The notes beneath the pieces were generated by a model. The model saw nothing but the letters and a program-made list of their open reading frames with translations. It was not told where the DNA came from and made no database searches. Positions 1 to 13,675 of a DNA stretch of 64,000 bases are shown piece by piece; within the stretch, counting starts at the first letter, position 1, and every line of letters starts with the position of its first letter. Source of the DNA: Fimicolochytrium jonesii (Eukaryota); assembly GCF_025526975.1 (NCBI RefSeq), contig NW_026515672.1, positions 1-64,000 on the forward strand. The letters run 5' to 3'. The position numbers and the translations under genes are program-made.

Positions 1-635
1 CTCACATGCCACTGCCACGTAACCTTCCTGATCCTCGGCTTCCCACAGCTCTGGCACCCAATCCCGTACAGCAGTTCGAGGTACGCCCATTCGCAGAGCG
101 TGTCGTCGTCCGGGTCGGGCAGTTCCGGTCGGTCGCGGCGACGGCAGCCCGTGAGAACCGTTTCGGCTTGCCGGCCTTGGGTGAGCAGCTGACGGAAGTT
201 CTTGTTGGCGTGGCTGAGGCGGAGGTAAGGGAAGATCTTGAGGAAGCTGGCGATGCGTAGCCACATTTCCCTGGGGAGTTCGATTGAAGGGCGGGGGGTG
301 GGGGCCGTGAGGGCTTGAGCGTGGGAACTTTCGCCATTCTTGCCTGTTTTTCTGCGTTTGGTGGCTTGTTTGGAAGTACCAGGGGTATCAGCTTCGCTGG
401 CGTCCCGGGATCTCTTGGTAGAACGCTTATTGGTGGTGCCAGCGCCTGTAGAAGGAGTGCCTTGTTCATCTGAAATGGCCGTGGGAACATTGGGCGTGGG
501 AAACTCGACATTCTCGGCGTTGGTGGAGACATTCTGGGAGTCGGGCGTTTCGGGGGCAGCAGCCGTTGAGATAGGAGCAGCCTCGATCTCTTCGGCAGCC
601 TTGCGCTTGTCGTGGAGCCTTGCGGATCGTCTCAT
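1..635 (-). CDS. F-box domain protein, 3' end outside window
   Basis: Hand translation from ATG at 635 stays open to the window edge: MRRSARLHDKRK...ELPREMWLRIASFLKIFPYLRLSHANKNFRQLL (F-box-like), then CQSCGKPRIRKVTW. Confidence 0.7.
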   Translation of the reverse strand, partial: MRRSARLHDKRKAAEEIEAAPISTAAAPETPDSQNVSTNAENVEFPTPNVPTAISDEQGTPSTGAGTTNKRSTKRSRDASEADTPGTSKQATKRRKTGKNGESSHAQALTAPTPRPSIELPREMWLRIASFLKIFPYLRLSHANKNFRQLLTQGRQAETVLTGCRRRDRPELPDPDDDTLCEWAYLELLYGIGCQSCGKPRIRKVTWQWHV

Positions 636-874
636 GGTCGTTGCTGCGTTACAATAGGAGGTTGAGTAAATGGCAGGTTGTTAGGTGGTTTTGAGACTTC
701 CAGAGCAGGCGGACGCGTGGGAAGAAGCGGCGCGTCGCTGTCATCGGCGGCTTCGGCTCTCTCGATGCACACACACAGGCACTACGTACGACAGATATCG
801 CTCCCGGGTCATGGTGCCATGCATGCATACGATTGAACACCTTACGCTGAATGCTTCAAATCCTCCACTACGCC

Positions 875-893
875 TATATATATATATATATAT
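875..893. repeat. (TA)n microsatellite
   Basis: tatatatatatatatatat. Confidence 0.9.
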
Positions 894-980
894 TCCTCTG
901 GCACCGCTCCACGCTCTTCCCACTTCTCACTATCTACAATCCGCCGCCCCACACCTCTTCACCTGACCTACACCGAATCC

Positions 981-2541
981 TTACAACTGCCCACACTCAA
1001 CTACCACCACCCTCTTCTTCGTCTTCCCATCCACACTCCCGACCTTCTCCATCTTGCGCACCACATCCATGCCCGTAGTTACTTCGCCGAATACCTATCG
1101 TTGGGGAAATCATGTTTTCGTTACTTATTTTTTTTTGCGGGGAGTGGATTGAACGAGGAAAGGGTATGGAACGCACCACGTGCTTGTTATCCAGCCATGG
1201 CGTCTTCTCTGTCGTGATGAAGAACTGGGAGCCTACATATGCCGGAAAAGCAAGTCATCAATAAACATACCACGAAGCACTCTGCCCCGACTGATGAACT
1301 TTCACAAGTTGGATTACTCACCATTGGTGTGCGGGCCGGAATTCGCCATAGATAGCGTCTAAAAAGCCAAGGGATAGATGGGTTAGGAAGATTGCTCATG
1401 CCAAACGATGGGAAAGGGGGAAGCATCGCACATACCCCCGGCCGCGTATGTTTCAGTATAAAGTTCTCGTCGTTAAATTTGTTGCCGTAGATGCTTTTGC
1501 CGCCCGTTCCGTTGTGTTTTGTGAAGTCACCTACAGATAGTAAGATGGGGTATAAGTGCCTGGTCAACCTTCCCAAAAACGTTGATTGCCCATCGATTTT
1601 ACCTCCTTGGCACATGAATTGTGGGATAATCCGGTGGAATATCGACTTTTTGAACCCGAAACCTTTTTCGTGTGTGCATCTGTGATCATGGGAATCGGGT
1701 GTTAGCCTTCTGTCCGCCGGTCCCCAGACGATTCCAGGAATTTTACAATTGTCGGAAGTTCTCAGCCGTTTCTGCAAGAACGACAGTCAGCCCTACGCAA
1801 GGAGAAAAACCCCCAGCACTTCCATCCCCAAACCTACTTGGCACAACATCCGCCCTTAACAGTATCACAATCCTCCCGGCCATCACCCCTCCGATCTCCA
1901 CATCAAAATATACAAGGGGATTGCCCTCCTGTTTCTCTGCCCGCGCTTTTTTCGCCACCGGCTCCCCATCTACCTCTCCCTCCTTCCCCTCTGCCTCCAC
2001 CTCCTCCTCTGCTTCAACATCCGGTACCCCTGCAACATGTTTCTTCAGATACTCCTCCTCGTTCCATATCGCCTTAGTGGTGAACGATTGTCCGGCTTTG
2101 AGCGGCCGCGCGAGGTTGACTTTGATGACTTTGCCGTAGAGTTCCGAGAGGTGCAGGTTGTCGATGGCGGATTGGGCGTCCGCGGCGGATTCGTATTCTA
2201 TGAAGCCGAAGCCGCGGTGGGGGGCGCCTAGTGGACGTTACGTTGAGTGGCAAGTCCTAGGGACCGTTTGAATACAGTGAATGTGAATGTTGTCGGTACT
2301 TACGGGAGGTTGGATCTGGCGGTATTTGCACCTCGAGGATATCGCCGAAGGGCAGGAAGGCGGCGTGGAGTATTTGTTCGGTGATCTGGTCGTCCAGCCC
2401 GCCTGTGGAGGGAACGGAGTCGTTTGAGCCAACATTGAACGGAGACAAGTGGGAACAAGCGATAGCCCCAGTGGTTGCAGCGGACCTCCGATACGTACCG
2501 ACGTAGACCGTAGTCTTGTTGTTCTTCTTGATCTTGTCCAT
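981..2541 (-). CDS. PPIE: Cyclophilin E (RRM plus cyclophilin PPIase), multi-exon
   Basis: RRM segments [22 protein letters not shown] and HRGFGFIEY; cyclophilin segments [38 protein letters not shown]; ends VVECGQL*. Confidence 0.92.
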
Positions 2542-2804
2542 GTTGCGCTAGTGTTTGCAGCGGAGTGGAAGTCCAAAGTAGTCCAAAAGGCCCCCTGTCC
2601 CAACCTCCAACGCGCTTCTCTTCCCTCTCCGTCCCTCCCGTCCGGACGCTTCCCGTTCCCACAACCAACAACAAACAGCCCGACCGTGATCGCCAACCGC
2701 AATCCTCCCACAATCCACCATCCACACCCAACCTCTCCACCCCCAGCGCACCCGCCACCAACAAATCACACCACTCACCCACACTCACTCCCCTCATCCC
2801 AAAA

Positions 2805-3626
2805 ATGTCCAACGAATACGAAGAGGAAGCCAGCGAATACAGCGAAGAAGCCGCCGACGACTACGAGGAGCGGGCCGCGCAGAAACTTAACGATATCGAG
2901 GAACATGTGCGTTACCAATCACATTCCTTTCATCCCCCGCGATAATCATAGTGAAGCTGATGATTGGATTGTGATTTGTGATTCTTCTAGAGGAATGATA
3001 TTTACTATAGCCCGCGGTACCAGGATGACGAGCATGAGTATAGGCATGTTACGTTGCCGAAGCAGATTGGTGAGTTTTTGAACCACGTGGGAGTGGGAGG
3101 AGGTTGTGATTTCGGAATGGGATTAGGAATCGTGTGCTGATCACCGTTTTTACGCAATTCGCGCGTGTAATCTTGCTTTCTTAGCGGCTTGGATCCCCAA
3201 AGGTGCGTTGTTTTCAGCGTTGCATGCGAAATAGAAGGATCAGACGAGAAGATGCGATAGCTGACGTTTGAAAGTACAGGCCGATTGATGCCCGATGCAG
3301 AATGGCGCAGTTACGGCGTCCAGCAGAGCGCTGGGTGGGAACACTACATGATCCACGGTGCGTACGTCCATCACCCCTTCTCATCCCACCACCCCTCCCT
3401 CTTGCCCCCTCCTTCTCCCACAGCGGCTCGCTAACACCCACCCTATGATTCCCCAGGCCCGGAACCGCACATCCTCCTCTTCCGCCGCGAAAAAGACTAC
3501 CAGATTAAATACCCGAACGGCAAACCCGCTCCGGCACCTAACCCCGTCGCCAAACCACAGAAGAAGCCGGTCAAGGGCGCGCAGGGACAGGGAGGGAGGA
3601 AGGCTGTCGGTGGGCTTGTCGGGTGA
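2805..3626 (+). CDS. CKS1: Cyclin-dependent kinase regulatory subunit Cks1/Suc1, multi-exon
   Basis: Spliced motifs [40 protein letters not shown] and [12 protein letters not shown]. Confidence 0.92.
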
Positions 3627-4079
3627 GAAATATGAAATATGGAGTATGGAATGTGAAGGGATATTTCGTTTTGTGATGAGAGAGGGGTGCCTTTTGCGGA
3701 CCGTTGATGAGATTGGGAGGATGCTCGTAGTCCAACATCCCCCCCGTATATATATATTTTGTTCCCCCTTAGAGTCAGTCATGAACCTCTTATCGGTTCC
3801 GTGAGTGAGTGAGAGTGTTGTTATTCCTCGTATGTGTTTGTTCATAAAGCCCAGATGTACGAAAGTGAAACGCAAATAGAGTCAAAGAAGTTCAGAGATT
3901 CAATGTTTTTCGATAGACGTCTGGTGGAGCGAGGTAGCAGAGAAAATGTGTGATTAAAAGGGGTGATAACTCACGATTACGCATTACGCAGAGAGGAAAG
4001 GGAATAATAAACGGATGAACCCAAAAAAATACACGCAAGGAAACAGTCAGAAGCGCTTCCAGACCGACCGCCGTTCAGC

Positions 4080-6005
4080 CTACGACGGCCCACTGCCACC
4101 CGCTCCCGGGTCCGCACCGCCCAGCTGCCCACCCACCAAACTCCCCCTCCTCCTCCCCCCCCTCCTCTGCCCCGCTCCCCCACCACCAGCATCACTCTCA
4201 ACATCACTCTCCACCGTCCCCTTCCCGCTCCCAAACAACTTATCCTTCGCCGGCAGCGGCGGTGTATGCGCGCCGTTTGTTCGCTGGGCGGTGGAGAGCG
4301 TGAGCGCGGGAAACGAGGCGGACGGGAACGAGGCGGAGTAGGCTGTGGTGGGGATGGATGGCGAGAAGGGCGGTGAAGAGGAGTAGAGGGCGTGTGTGAG
4401 CGTTACGGGGACCGCCGGAGTCGGTGTGGGTGCCGTGCGGTCCGGGGTGACTACCACAGGTGGGGGCCCACCCACCCCCGTCGTCCCTGCATCCCCCGCA
4501 TCCGGCTCCGCAGTGTACCCCTGCGCCCTCCGAGCGGTCTCCCTCTTCTCCTCCTCCTCCAACATCGCGACCAGTTTCCCCAGATACCCCGGCAGATCGC
4601 CGTAATCCTCGCCATACACCACCGGCACGAGCAACTCATGCGCGTGGATCAACCGTCCCAACGAATCCTCGAACGTGAAATCGGTGAGGTAGGTCGCCTC
4701 GTGGGTGGTGAGGAGGACGTAGTGCATCACGCGTTCAAAGTTGTTGGATTCGAGGTAGGTGTTGTGTTCGTAGAGCGAGGCGAAGAGGGCTGTGAAGTGG
4801 ATGTCCTAGAACAATATCACAGCGGTGAGTAAACACCGCGGAGGAGATATGGCGAGGGGGGGGGGGAGGGGGGGGGGGATCGAAAGGCATACCTGGAGCG
4901 TCCCACCCGTCCCGATAAATATCATACTCCGATGAAACGCCATCCCCCCCGTCTTGACCTTACTCCCGACATCCACCAACACCGGTTTGAGGGCCATGAT
5001 GAAATCATCAATCGTAACCGCATACTCCCCGCTCGTCAGCACGAACTTGCGTTCCGGGTCGTCGTAGAATATCCCATGTAGATGGAACACGTAAAGCTCA
5101 TGTTGCGCCAACGGGTGCTGTTCTGATTTCAGCCGGTACGTGCGTTGTGCTTTGAGTAGGTCGTCGATGGACAGCGTGAACCGCCCCGTGGCGTCTTCGA
5201 GGAGCACGTCGTAGTTGGTGGTGAAGATGGGCGCGCGGAGGGAGTGGAGGATATGAGCCAACGGCGCGTTCCGGTCGGCGCGGAGCTTATGTAGGATCTT
5301 GAAGACCAGGTGGTGATACCGCATGAAGGGGTCGGAGCTACCTCCCAGATGGCCAGTGTTAACGTAGTGCTCGATCATCTCGGCCGCTTTGTCGAGCCGG
5401 AGTGCGAATTGGCGCTCGATGGGCCGGCCGAGGGGAGAGGCGGGATGGGTGCCTGCCGCTGCTGCTGCGTCCTTCCCCTTCTCGGGCGGCGGCGGGGGGA
5501 TCTTTGCCGGGTCGTTCTGCAGCATCTCCTGTACCTCCTCGTACCATCCGTCGGGCAACCCGAGCATCTCCTTCACGGTCAACGCCAATCGATCGAGGAA
5601 CCCGCGCCATGTGACTAGTTTTTTGTTCTCTTCCCCGTCAGCGAGGGAGACGGAGACGCCTGCGCCGATGATGAGGCAGCCGCGGCGGTCGGAGAGGGTG
5701 TGGAAAAGGTCTTCGAGGAGATGGGAGGGGTCGGTGTCGGGGGTTTCGAGGTTGATGATGGGTTTGGGGGTTGAGGCGGGTTTGGGCGGGCTGGAAGGGA
5801 TGTAAGGGGGGTAGGTTGGGCCGGCTTTTGTGAGGGGGATTGCGGGGAGTGTGCCGCTGGTTGGGGATATGGTGGCGAGGCGGGGAATAGGGAGTGGTAA
5901 GGTTGGCAGCGCGGGGGTCGGGATGGGGACGGATTGCGTTGGGATTGGAGTGTTCCTTGGAGGCTGCTTGGAGGAGGAAGGACTGGACATCTCTGCTGCT
6001 GGCAT
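4080..6005 (-). CDS. SIR2-like (SIR2_2-type) domain protein, intron 4806-4892
   Basis: Motifs IIGAGVS, IFTTNYDVLLE, FHLHG and MIFIG; GT-AG intron joins the 4806-6005 ORF to the 4080-4730 frame. Confidence 0.8.
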
Positions 6006-6298
6006 ACTAGTTGGAAGCGACAGACGTTGGAGAACAGCAATACATTACGAGGACGACGGCAAGTGGTCGGTAGCAGCAGTGTATGAGCAGTCGCACGCTG
6101 ATACAGTAAATAGGCGGTCCACCAAGTGTGGGGTAGGCGCAACAAAAAAAGCACACTTCCGACGGGGAAACGTGTCACGAGCGCGTCAAGGGGAAGACAT
6201 GAGGGCCGAAAGGGGATTGCGCTCCTCCATCCCCCTTCCAACGCCCCACCTCGTTGTCAAAGTGTCCCTTACGGAGGTCATACAGTCCCATACGAGAG

Positions 6299-7848
6299 AT
6301 GGCAACGACACCGCAACCACGAGCAGCAACGGCAACGGCCCCTTCGCCAGGCTGGGACTTTTCCATCCACAACATCCCCTTCGGAACAGTCTCCACTACC
6401 TCAGACGTAAGTGTGAAACGAGATCACCTCCTCAACAGAAAACCCAATTCATTCCACCCCTCCCACCGTTCAGAGCAAACCACGACCAGCAACCGCCCTT
6501 GGCAAGTATGCCGTCGACTTATCCGTCCTCTCGTCCGCCGGCGCATTTCAGGGCCCACAGCTGGGCAACGGTGTTGCAGAAAAAGTCTTTGCCGAGGTAC
6601 GAAACTTGTCACACTTCCCGTTGCAACACCCTGACAGTCCGCTCACCTCCCACCGTCTCCCCTTAGCTGACGCTAAACGCATTTATGGCCCTCGGCAGGC
6701 CCGCCTGGACCGAAGCGCGCAAAACCCTCCAATCGATCCTCTCCCTCGACGCCGCCACCGGTGAAGTGACCATCACCCTCCCCAACGATCCCACAGAAAA
6801 CGACGTCAAAAGCCGAGCCCTGCACCCACTGGAAACCCTCATCTACCACCTCCCCGCGCATATCGGTGACTACACCGATTTCTACGCGTCGCGAGAACAC
6901 GCAACCAACGTCGGGGTCATGTTTCGCGGGAAGGAGAACGCTCTGATGCCCAACTGGTAAACTCCATATCTGCCCCCACCCATGTCTCCATTCGTGCTCG
7001 GTAACCCCCCCTCCCACCCCAGGCTCCACCTCCCCGTCGGCTACCACGGCCGCTCCTCCTCCATCCTGCCCACCGCCACCCCCCTCACGCGCCCCAGCGG
7101 CCAAATCCTCCACCCCACCCTAAAAACCCCTATGTTCTCCCCCACCAAAAAACTCGACTACGAGCTCGAAATGGCCTACCTGATCGGAACCCCCAACACC
7201 CTCGGCACACCCATCCCGATCGCGGACGCCGCCGACCACGTGTTTGGAATGGTCTTGATGAACGACTGGTCCGCGAGAGATCTCCAGCAGTGGGAGTACG
7301 TGCCCCTGGGCCCGTTTCTGGGCAAGAACTTTGCGACGACCATATCCCCCTGGGTCGTCACCCTCGACGCCCTCGAACACTTCAAAACACCGCAACCCGA
7401 ACAGCACCCGGAGGTGCTACCCTACCTCCGTCCCCCGACGCCCCTTGACGCATACGATGTCGAGTTGTCGGTGGGGTTGATGGTCCCGAACGCAAACGAG
7501 CCGACGGTGCTCGCCCGGAGTAATCTCAGACATCTGTACTGGACACTCCCGCAGATGATCGCGCATCATACGATCAATGGCTGTAACCTGCGGACCGGTG
7601 ACCTCCTCGGCACCGGAACCATCTCCGGGCCGGATACGTCTTCGATGGGATCGATGTTGGAACTGACGAAAAACGGGACAGAGCCGGTGGATATCGGTCA
7701 TGGGGAGAAAAGAGCGTTTGTGGAGGATGGGGATGAGATTGTGATTAGTGGGTACGCTGAGAGGGTGGTTGAGGGGGTTGGGAGGGTTAGGGTTGGGTTT
7801 GGGGAGTGTAGGGGGGTGGTTTTGCGTGCGCGGGAGTTTAAGTTCTAG
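6299..7848 (+). CDS. FAH: Fumarylacetoacetase, multi-exon
   Basis: [81 protein letters not shown]. Confidence 0.95.
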
Positions 7849-8150
7849 GGATTGGGATTGAATATGGGACATCGCCCGTGTCGCCGGTTGTCCACGGGTG
7901 TACATTGCAGATTATTCGACTTGTGATGCCTGGGTAGAGAGTTTTGTAGATAGGCTGATACGATAGATATCTTCACGACCGTATGAGTTACACGCATGTC
8001 CTTCAGATTGTATCCATTGGGTAAAATACACATCCCCACCCATTCCCACCCCTTCACCAAAATCTCATAACTTTCAACATGTACAAAGAACAACGCGGGG
8101 CGCTTCAGAGGGACCTTCCTACGCAAACCCTCGGGGTATCTTGATCGGTT

Positions 8151-11100
8151 TCAGCTGGTATCCATGGCCTGGACATCCCCACCACCCTCGTTGCTGGTGG
8201 CGTTAGTCTTGGCACTCCGTCGTGACCGACGCCATTCCTGGATCTTTTGTTTCAGTTCCGTGTCTGCACGTCCCACGTGAGAAGAAAGGGTAAGAAAGCC
8301 AGGATATTGACGCTGGGAGGTCAGGCCCTCGCCACAGGGTAATCTTCCAGTCACTTTACCTGGAATAACCTGATCGATACTCAACGGTTGTCGATTGAAC
8401 TGTTTTCATATAGGAACCGGTAAGTACACAGGTCAAGGAATATTGCAACAGCAACGGCCCAAGAAACTGACAGGATCAATCTTATCCCCCAACAAATAAC
8501 TCTTAATCGTCGACCGGTCTACGCTCTGCCCGCTGCTCGGCAGCTTGACGGGGTCTTCCATGAGGTGGAACAGCAATGGATCTGTTGGATTCACAGGTAT
8601 CACTGTTAGTATCAGCCTTATCGTTCGTGCAACACACCAACCAGGGAAGGGATAAGACCGCGAGAGTCATGCACATACCCAAAAACTCATCCGGAATCTC
8701 CCCCAACTCCTCCTCTTCCTCATGGCTTGCTACAATCTCGCGTTCCACTTGTTCAATAAACTCATGTAGCGGTTGCAGTTCCCCCTACCGAAAGAAAAAA
8801 AGATCAATTCCCATTAACCCTACCCCTTACCGCATAATATCCCTCGCAATCCACAAAAAAAAGGCTCGCTTCGCCCTCATACCTCATTCTTAATCCCATT
8901 CCTCAACAAAATCCCTCCAGCACGTATAAAATGATCCCTCTTATAACTACGCTCATCGCGCGCAACGGCCGTGACGAACTCGGGGCGGTGCGCGAGGTTG
9001 AGGTAGATCTCGACCAGCTCTTTGAGGAGTTTCTTGGGTTCGAAGCGGTACTTCTCAGGCTTCTTAACCTATCATCAGAATCTCAGTATGTCTTTTGCGA
9101 AAGAGGGGTTATAAGTGATATATGAAGTTTTACCTTCAAGTCGGTACATCGAGGCCCGACCATAGCGGCGATATTGAAATCCAGCATCGCCGCGAGCCTT
9201 TCGACGATTTCAGGCTCCATGAACGGCTGCACAATTTCCGGGTTGGCGGTCATGTATTGCAGCATGTGGACGGTCTCGTTGCCGAGGGACATGTAGGAGA
9301 CGGCTTGGCCTTCGAGTTGTTTGAGGTGCGCGGCGCGTTCGGTGTGGCGGGTTTGTTCTTCTTGGGTTGCGTTGGGCTGGTGAGGCGGTTAGTTTTTGTG
9401 CTGATGATGGAGAGACGGGTTGATGAGACACGTACGTTGAGAGGCGTCTCCAATTCATGTTGGATCTGCTGGATCTGCTTCAACTTCGACAGCGACTCGT
9501 CCAGGAGGTATGTGGCGTCGTTCATCAACAGGGCGGCGAAGCGGGTGAAGAATTGCGTGTTCCTGTCACAATCATTAGAATGATGGTTACCCAGTATGGG
9601 AAGCTTTCAGCATTTTGTTTTTACTCACTGACTCATAAGCACGACCTTCTTCTTGTGCCCCGCATCGGCCCAGATCGATTTCAGGACCTGCGAGATGTTG
9701 TACCGGATGTTGAACTTGTCGTAGAACTGGCTGGACGCGCCCGTGTGCTCCGCATCTGCCCAAATCGCCCCTCACATCAATCCCCAACTCCTCACACACC
9801 CGTCGCAAAGAACCACACACTCACCAACATAAAACCGCATCAAATTCTCCACCAACAACTCCTTCGCCAACGGATGCGTACAAAAAATCCCATCCAAGAA
9901 CCCCCTCCCTTCGCCCGACTCGGTGCGGTACAGCGGCCACGTGAAGGTAAACAGGATCTCGACGAATTTCGATTTCAGGTGCGGGTTCTTAATGTAGTGC
10001 GGGTTGGCGAGGAGGGACATGGTGAAGGTGAGGAAGACGTCACGGGGGACGGTTTCGAAGGTTGGGCCTTCGTATCTGTTTGTGCTGTGTGAGTAACGAA
10101 GGGGGGCTGATTTGAGTGAAGTGGCAAGCTCTACCTGGCCACAAAGAGGTAGTATTCGCAAATATCCTCAATGATCCATTCCGGGAGCGATGCGAACGTG
10201 ACGGGTGGTGGCGCGTCGGTGTGGACAAACGGTGCTGGAGGCGGTGATCCGGTAGCCGTCAAACTAAATTCGCAATGATCAATCAGCCGCAATTGCATTT
10301 AGAAAGCTGAATTAAACAGCGGACATACCTGGAGACTTCACCCCTCGCAACCATAGCCCAATCAACCGCGTCGCCCGTCTTCGCCGCCGGATGATGCACA
10401 TTCGCATTATCGAGCGAGAGGCATCGCAACAGCCACATCATGACTAGGTCATAGAAGCGCAAGGAATGTGCGATGCCGCCGCGATCCCTGAGACCGGTGT
10501 CCATACACAGTTTGAAGGAGATGGCGATGTCTAGTTGTTTCTGTGAAGAACGCGAACATGAAAAGTAAGGTTAGGCGCGGGGACCGGGAACGCATTACAT
10601 CACAGGTTCAACCATACCTGAAACCGCTTCAACAGCCCCTCATTCATCACCCTCGCCCCAGGAGCCCACACCCCCGCGTTCCTATCCTGGACCATCTTAT
10701 CCACATGCTTCCTCAGCTCCTCCGTCTGCTTAATCAGACTCCCATATGTGCGGATCGTGCTCAAAATCCCATAATGGTGCATCGCCAGAGTGACAAAGAA
10801 GATATCCGAGACGAAGTTCGCGGCTGTCTGGTCCGGGTGGCTCGCTTTCCAGTCTGCGACGTGCTGCTCGTACTGTTCCTTGTCGATGTTGATCCGGGTC
10901 TGTTCGGAGAGGTCGATGCGGGTGGAGTAGGTGAAGTAGTCTGGGTCTATGAGGTGGAGCTTGCTGTATTTGGAGTCCATGATTGGGTCGGTGAGGAGGA
11001 GGGATGTTTGGAGGAGGCTGTACATGAAGCCGTCTGAGGAGACTTCGTGTGGGTCGACCTGAGAAGACGAGGAACCGGTGTGTCAATTTTCGAGCCAATC

Positions 11101-12764
11101 CGAGATGCGGGCGCTCAGAAGTCTTCTACCTGCATGCGACCACGCTTTACGTTGCTCTCAATTGCCGTTCCAAAGTACTGTAAAACACCTTCCCGTGCTT
11201 CTGGAGCAGATTTTATGATGGTCATGACGAGACCATGAATACGATGCTGCAGATGTGCCGCGAGGGACGTTGCTTGAGTTTGGGTCCAGCACCTACAGCC
11301 CTAAAGCACAACGATTCCAACAACAAACCTGAACTCCTTGCACAATACTCCTCAGCGAAGTCATCGCCGACTTGACATCCCCCGGATTCCGCGCCCCAAT
11401 GTAGAAGCCATCACTCATCCGCGCCGCCCGGTCCCCAAACGTAGCCCCGCTTCCAAAGTAGTGTTCAGCCAGTGTCGGATCCGCTCCCGGAAACGCGGTC
11501 AGACGGCCAAAAAACGGCCCAAGCACCGTCACGACCTCCATGCTGCCCCCCGTCGCTTTCCATTGCGGAAGGTTCGGTAGCAGCGACGCGACCTTTTTTT
11601 GAGATATCAACGTGTGCAGCGCCCGCAAAGGGGTGTTGTAGTCCTTGAGGAGGTTCTTCTGTCGCATGTCCGCTGATATCGTGCTTATCATGTACTGCAA
11701 CGTGAGGAGCAAGTCCTGGTCGTCCTGGAAGCGCGAGAAGAACTGCTCGAGGAAAGTTGGCGGCAGCTTCTCGTCTGCCTCGTCCTGGTTTGAGAGCAGT
11801 AGATGCTTCGCTAGCAAGGACGGGCCTTCTTCGATAACACTGTGGTCGCGAAAAAGATGAGACGATGGGGTGCGACGGCGAATGCGTTGAGACCTAGTTT
11901 GTACCTCTGTGGTTGCGGGAAGCTCATATTCATGTCCGGATTCACAACCAGCGCGCTATAGTTGAGGATCAGCTCCTGTAACGTCGACAGGGCCTCCGTC
12001 CGCGCCTTGAAAGCGGATAGGACTTGTTCGTTGCCCGGGACCTTTTCCACAACGATCTCGATCCTCCTCCGTGCTTCGTTCGATCGCTTCCACGCACCCA
12101 CAAGGTAGTCGAACAGGGGAATGGCGTTCGGAGCTTCATTGCTCTGTAGGGATAGCCGTGCGTACAAGGCGCGCTCCACCTGCTCCTTCGTGATCTTCAA
12201 TGGAAGCCCTTCACCTTCCATCTCCGCTCTCACATCTGCGAGATCCGTGTATCTCTTTTGACTGCTCCGATCGGTCTATCGGGAACGAAGGTAGGAGGAC
12301 GACATGCAGCTTGTCAGCGACAAGTGGCCAAGATGACCGCAGATGGTCAATCGCAGGTCTATTTACCCTAAGACAGCACTGCAGGATATCCTCGAACACT
12401 TCATTCTCCCAATCCTCCTGGCTGCGCTCCAGAAAGTCCGCTAATATCCTGGCAGTCGCGGCGGACGGTGAGAATTTCGGCGAGGGGCTCGGGACATTCG
12501 TTTGCTGTGCGGGAGAATCAGCAAAGCTTCAGCAGAACAGTATGACGCGGGGGACAGGGTAGCTACCTGCGGGCCCTGCTTCACTGCCGCCTTGGGCTCA
12601 ACTTTCAAAGGCTGCTTCAAGGCTGTGATCGTGGGAGTCACGGCCGGCGTGGGAGTGGCCGGCGAGGAGCCTGCGGGAGTGGGGGATGCTGGACTGGCGG
12701 AGGTAGCGGCGAGCTTTGCCATCCTCTCCAGACGCTTCCGCCGTATCTGCTCTGCGTCCTCCAT
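8151..12764 (-). CDS. UFD2: U-box E4 ubiquitin ligase Ufd2/UBE4, multi-exon
   Basis: MEDAEQIRRKRLERM start, YIKNPHLKSKFVEIL, MNDATYLLDESL, IVERLAAMLDFN, GEIPDEFL U-box, ELKQKIQEW. Confidence 0.93.
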
Positions 12765-12961
12765 TGCTGACTCGTCTATGTTCTGTGTATATTGTGTAAG
12801 GAGTGGTGTTTGCCGCGTGCCTCTGTCGTAGATCACCAGCGGAATGGGTTGGTTCTTGGAAGGTGACAAACCGGGCAAGAAACCAGCCACGACACGGGAA
12901 GCCGACTTGCGCTCACACGAAACTTACTCCAACAGCAGCATTTCCGTAGAGGGAGGGCAAG

Positions 12962-13675
12962 ATGGGTAGCACAATACAACCCCGGAACCCACGGCGACGA
13001 CCTCATATCCCTTCAATATCCCTCCCTCGCCGATTTTTGCTCTCCCTGCTGGTCCTATCCGCCCTCCTCGCCATCGGGAACCACTCCACCCACGCATTAT
13101 CGCCCCTATCCAGCAGCGACATCCCATCAACAAAAGTCTTCGAAATCTCCTCAACCTATTACGTCTACGACTGCAGCCCAACCGGGGACTGCGAGGAATG
13201 CACCGCCGAGGAAATGGTATGAGCGCAAACATGCTTTTCCCAAGGCATCGAGTATACGCTCACTCATCGGTTTACAGAAATCAGCAACCGTCCCGTACTG
13301 CACCGACACCGGCAGCAAACAACGCCTCGAGTGCCAAAAATCCTACGAAGTTCCAGTCAACACCACCGAGGCATTACCCTGGAACCCGAAAGATGTCGTC
13401 AAGCTCGCTCCGGACCAAGAGGTGCCGTACATGGACTGGGTCGAGTGCGATGCGGCGGCGGGGGCGGGGGCGGGGAGTCTGGCGGTCTTCGAGGTAGGTA
13501 TCAAATCATTTTGCGCATTTTGATGAACGAAGAATGTGCTGAATGTGAGGGTGCGATTTTTCTTTAGATGGTGAACATCGTGTTCTTGGTGGCGAGTGGA
13601 TATGTGATCTTGTGGCGGCGAAGGCTGCTGTCGGTTGAACAGTATCGAAGAATTGCGAGTAGGCTTGCTTCATAG
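12962..13675 (+). CDS. JTB-like (jumping translocation breakpoint) small membrane protein, 3 exons
   Basis: Hydrophobic N-terminus, Cys-rich CSPTGDCEEC...YCTDTGSKQRLEC, C-terminal TM FEMVNIVFLVASGYVILWRRRLL. Confidence 0.65.
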
